DNA of 24,678 bases from a virus (taxonomy: Duplodnaviria; Caudoviricetes), in IMG/VR virus record IMGVR_UViG_3300022179_000741, positions 1-24,678 of that record; one strand, given 5' to 3'. The position numbers and the translations under genes are program-made. Within the stretch, counting starts at the first letter, position 1. Every line of letters begins with the position of its first letter. This document shows, piece after piece, positions 23,942 through 24,678 of the stretch. The notes under the pieces are model-generated. The model was not told the origin of the DNA. It saw nothing but the letters and a program-made list of their open reading frames with translations, and ran no database searches.

Positions 23942-24555
23942 CAGTTTCTCACCGCGATCAGGGTGTAGTCTTCCATCGCACGGGTCGGCTGACCCTGCGC
24001 ATCGATGTTCATAGCCGTGCGTAAGAAGCCGCCGCGGCCATTCTCGGACGGGTCGCCCACTGCCTTGCGCTCCCAGCGCAGCGACTTGTCCTGTTGTTCG
24101 GTGATCGGCTCGGCCAGATGCCAAGCCATCATGTACTTCATCAGCTGGGTGAAATACTGCGGCCAGGCGAACTCACCGACGCTGTACTGGTAGTCGATGA
24201 ACACGGCCTCAATATTGGTCAGCAGCTGGTCGCCTTGGATCTCCCAGTCTTTCTGCACTGAAGCGCCTGGGCTGGCGGTGTCATAAACAGCACGCGGGCC
24301 GGCCAGGCGATCACCCGGCAGCTGATAGGCGTATTTCCAGACCGATGTCGGCGCTGTCAGCAGGCGAGCGAGCTGCACCTTCTTGGTGTTGAAACTCCAC
24401 GGGTACATCACCAGCGTGGAGTCGCGGATGTCTGGGTACAGACGGTCGCAGACCGAGCTCTCGTCGGTGCCATCATTGAACGACGTGATGGCCTTTGCGC
24501 CAATCAGGAGCAGGGCATCTGAACAAATTGTGATCCCGGTATCACCCGCTGCCAT
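23941..24555 (-). CDS. tail tubular protein A / head-tail adaptor (T7 gp11-like)
   Basis: ICSDALLLIGAKAITSF, YPWSF and WKYAYQLP.D motifs; GAGG RBS. Confidence 0.88.
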   Translation of the reverse strand: MAAGDTGITICSDALLLIGAKAITSFNDGTDESSVCDRLYPDIRDSTLVMYPWSFNTKKVQLARLLTAPTSVWKYAYQLPGDRLAGPRAVYDTASPGASVQKDWEIQGDQLLTNIEAVFIDYQYSVGEFAWPQYFTQLMKYMMAWHLAEPITEQQDKSLRWERKAVGDPSENGRGGFLRTAMNIDAQGQPTRAMEDYTLIAVRN

Positions 24556-24575
24556 CGCAACCTCTTAATGTGAGA

Positions 24576-24607
24576 AGGGGCCGATCCCTTGAAAGAGACC
24601 AGCCCCT
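24576..24607 (-). terminator. stem-loop, probable leaky terminator after capsid-region genes
   Basis: Minus strand AGGGGCTGGTCTCT-ttca-AGGGATCGGCCCCT (with G-U pairs) followed by a weak U-tract. Confidence 0.6.
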
Positions 24608-24628
24608 GGTGCTACTGTTGACTGCCGG

Positions 24629-24678
24629 TTAGTCGCCGTCGGTAGCCGACAGAGTTGTGCCGTCAGTCACGTCGATTT
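24629..24678 (-). CDS. 3' end of an upstream structural gene (truncated by window edge)
   Basis: Reads ...IDVTDGTTLSATDGD*; its position before the hairpin and adaptor suggests a capsid-associated protein. Confidence 0.55.
   Translation of the reverse strand, partial: IDVTDGTTLSATDGD

Noticed and set aside
23942-24124. N-terminal extension of the nozzle ORF in the ORF track
   Set aside because: Overlaps the adaptor gene; the conserved nozzle start is at 23941 with a TGATG coupling.

Overview
This window is a ~24.7 kb segment of a tailed dsDNA phage, podovirus-type, with a T7/BPP-1-like short-tail and ejection-protein module. The Rz/Rz1 spanins indicate a Gram-negative host. Left part: a leftward operon of small DNA-binding and replication genes (RHH, Hjc-like resolvase, wHTH, Cro-like HTH, Zn-ribbon, truncated replication-initiator-like gene) and a divergent promoter region. 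The rightward early arm holds a serine recombinase, a low-GC gene with its own promoter and terminator, a dif-like/double-hairpin element, a YqaJ exonuclease and RecT. Right part (minus strand, late operon): tail adaptor and nozzle, ejection proteins, a multi-component tail fibre set and an unusually large lysis cassette. The most notable feature is a 606-aa protein in the ejection-protein cluster whose C-terminal half looks like a GP88-family radical-SAM-like Fe-S domain. It is translationally coupled to a small acidic ORF, which suggests a virion-delivered effector and partner. All family assignments come from motif recognition by eye; no searches were run.
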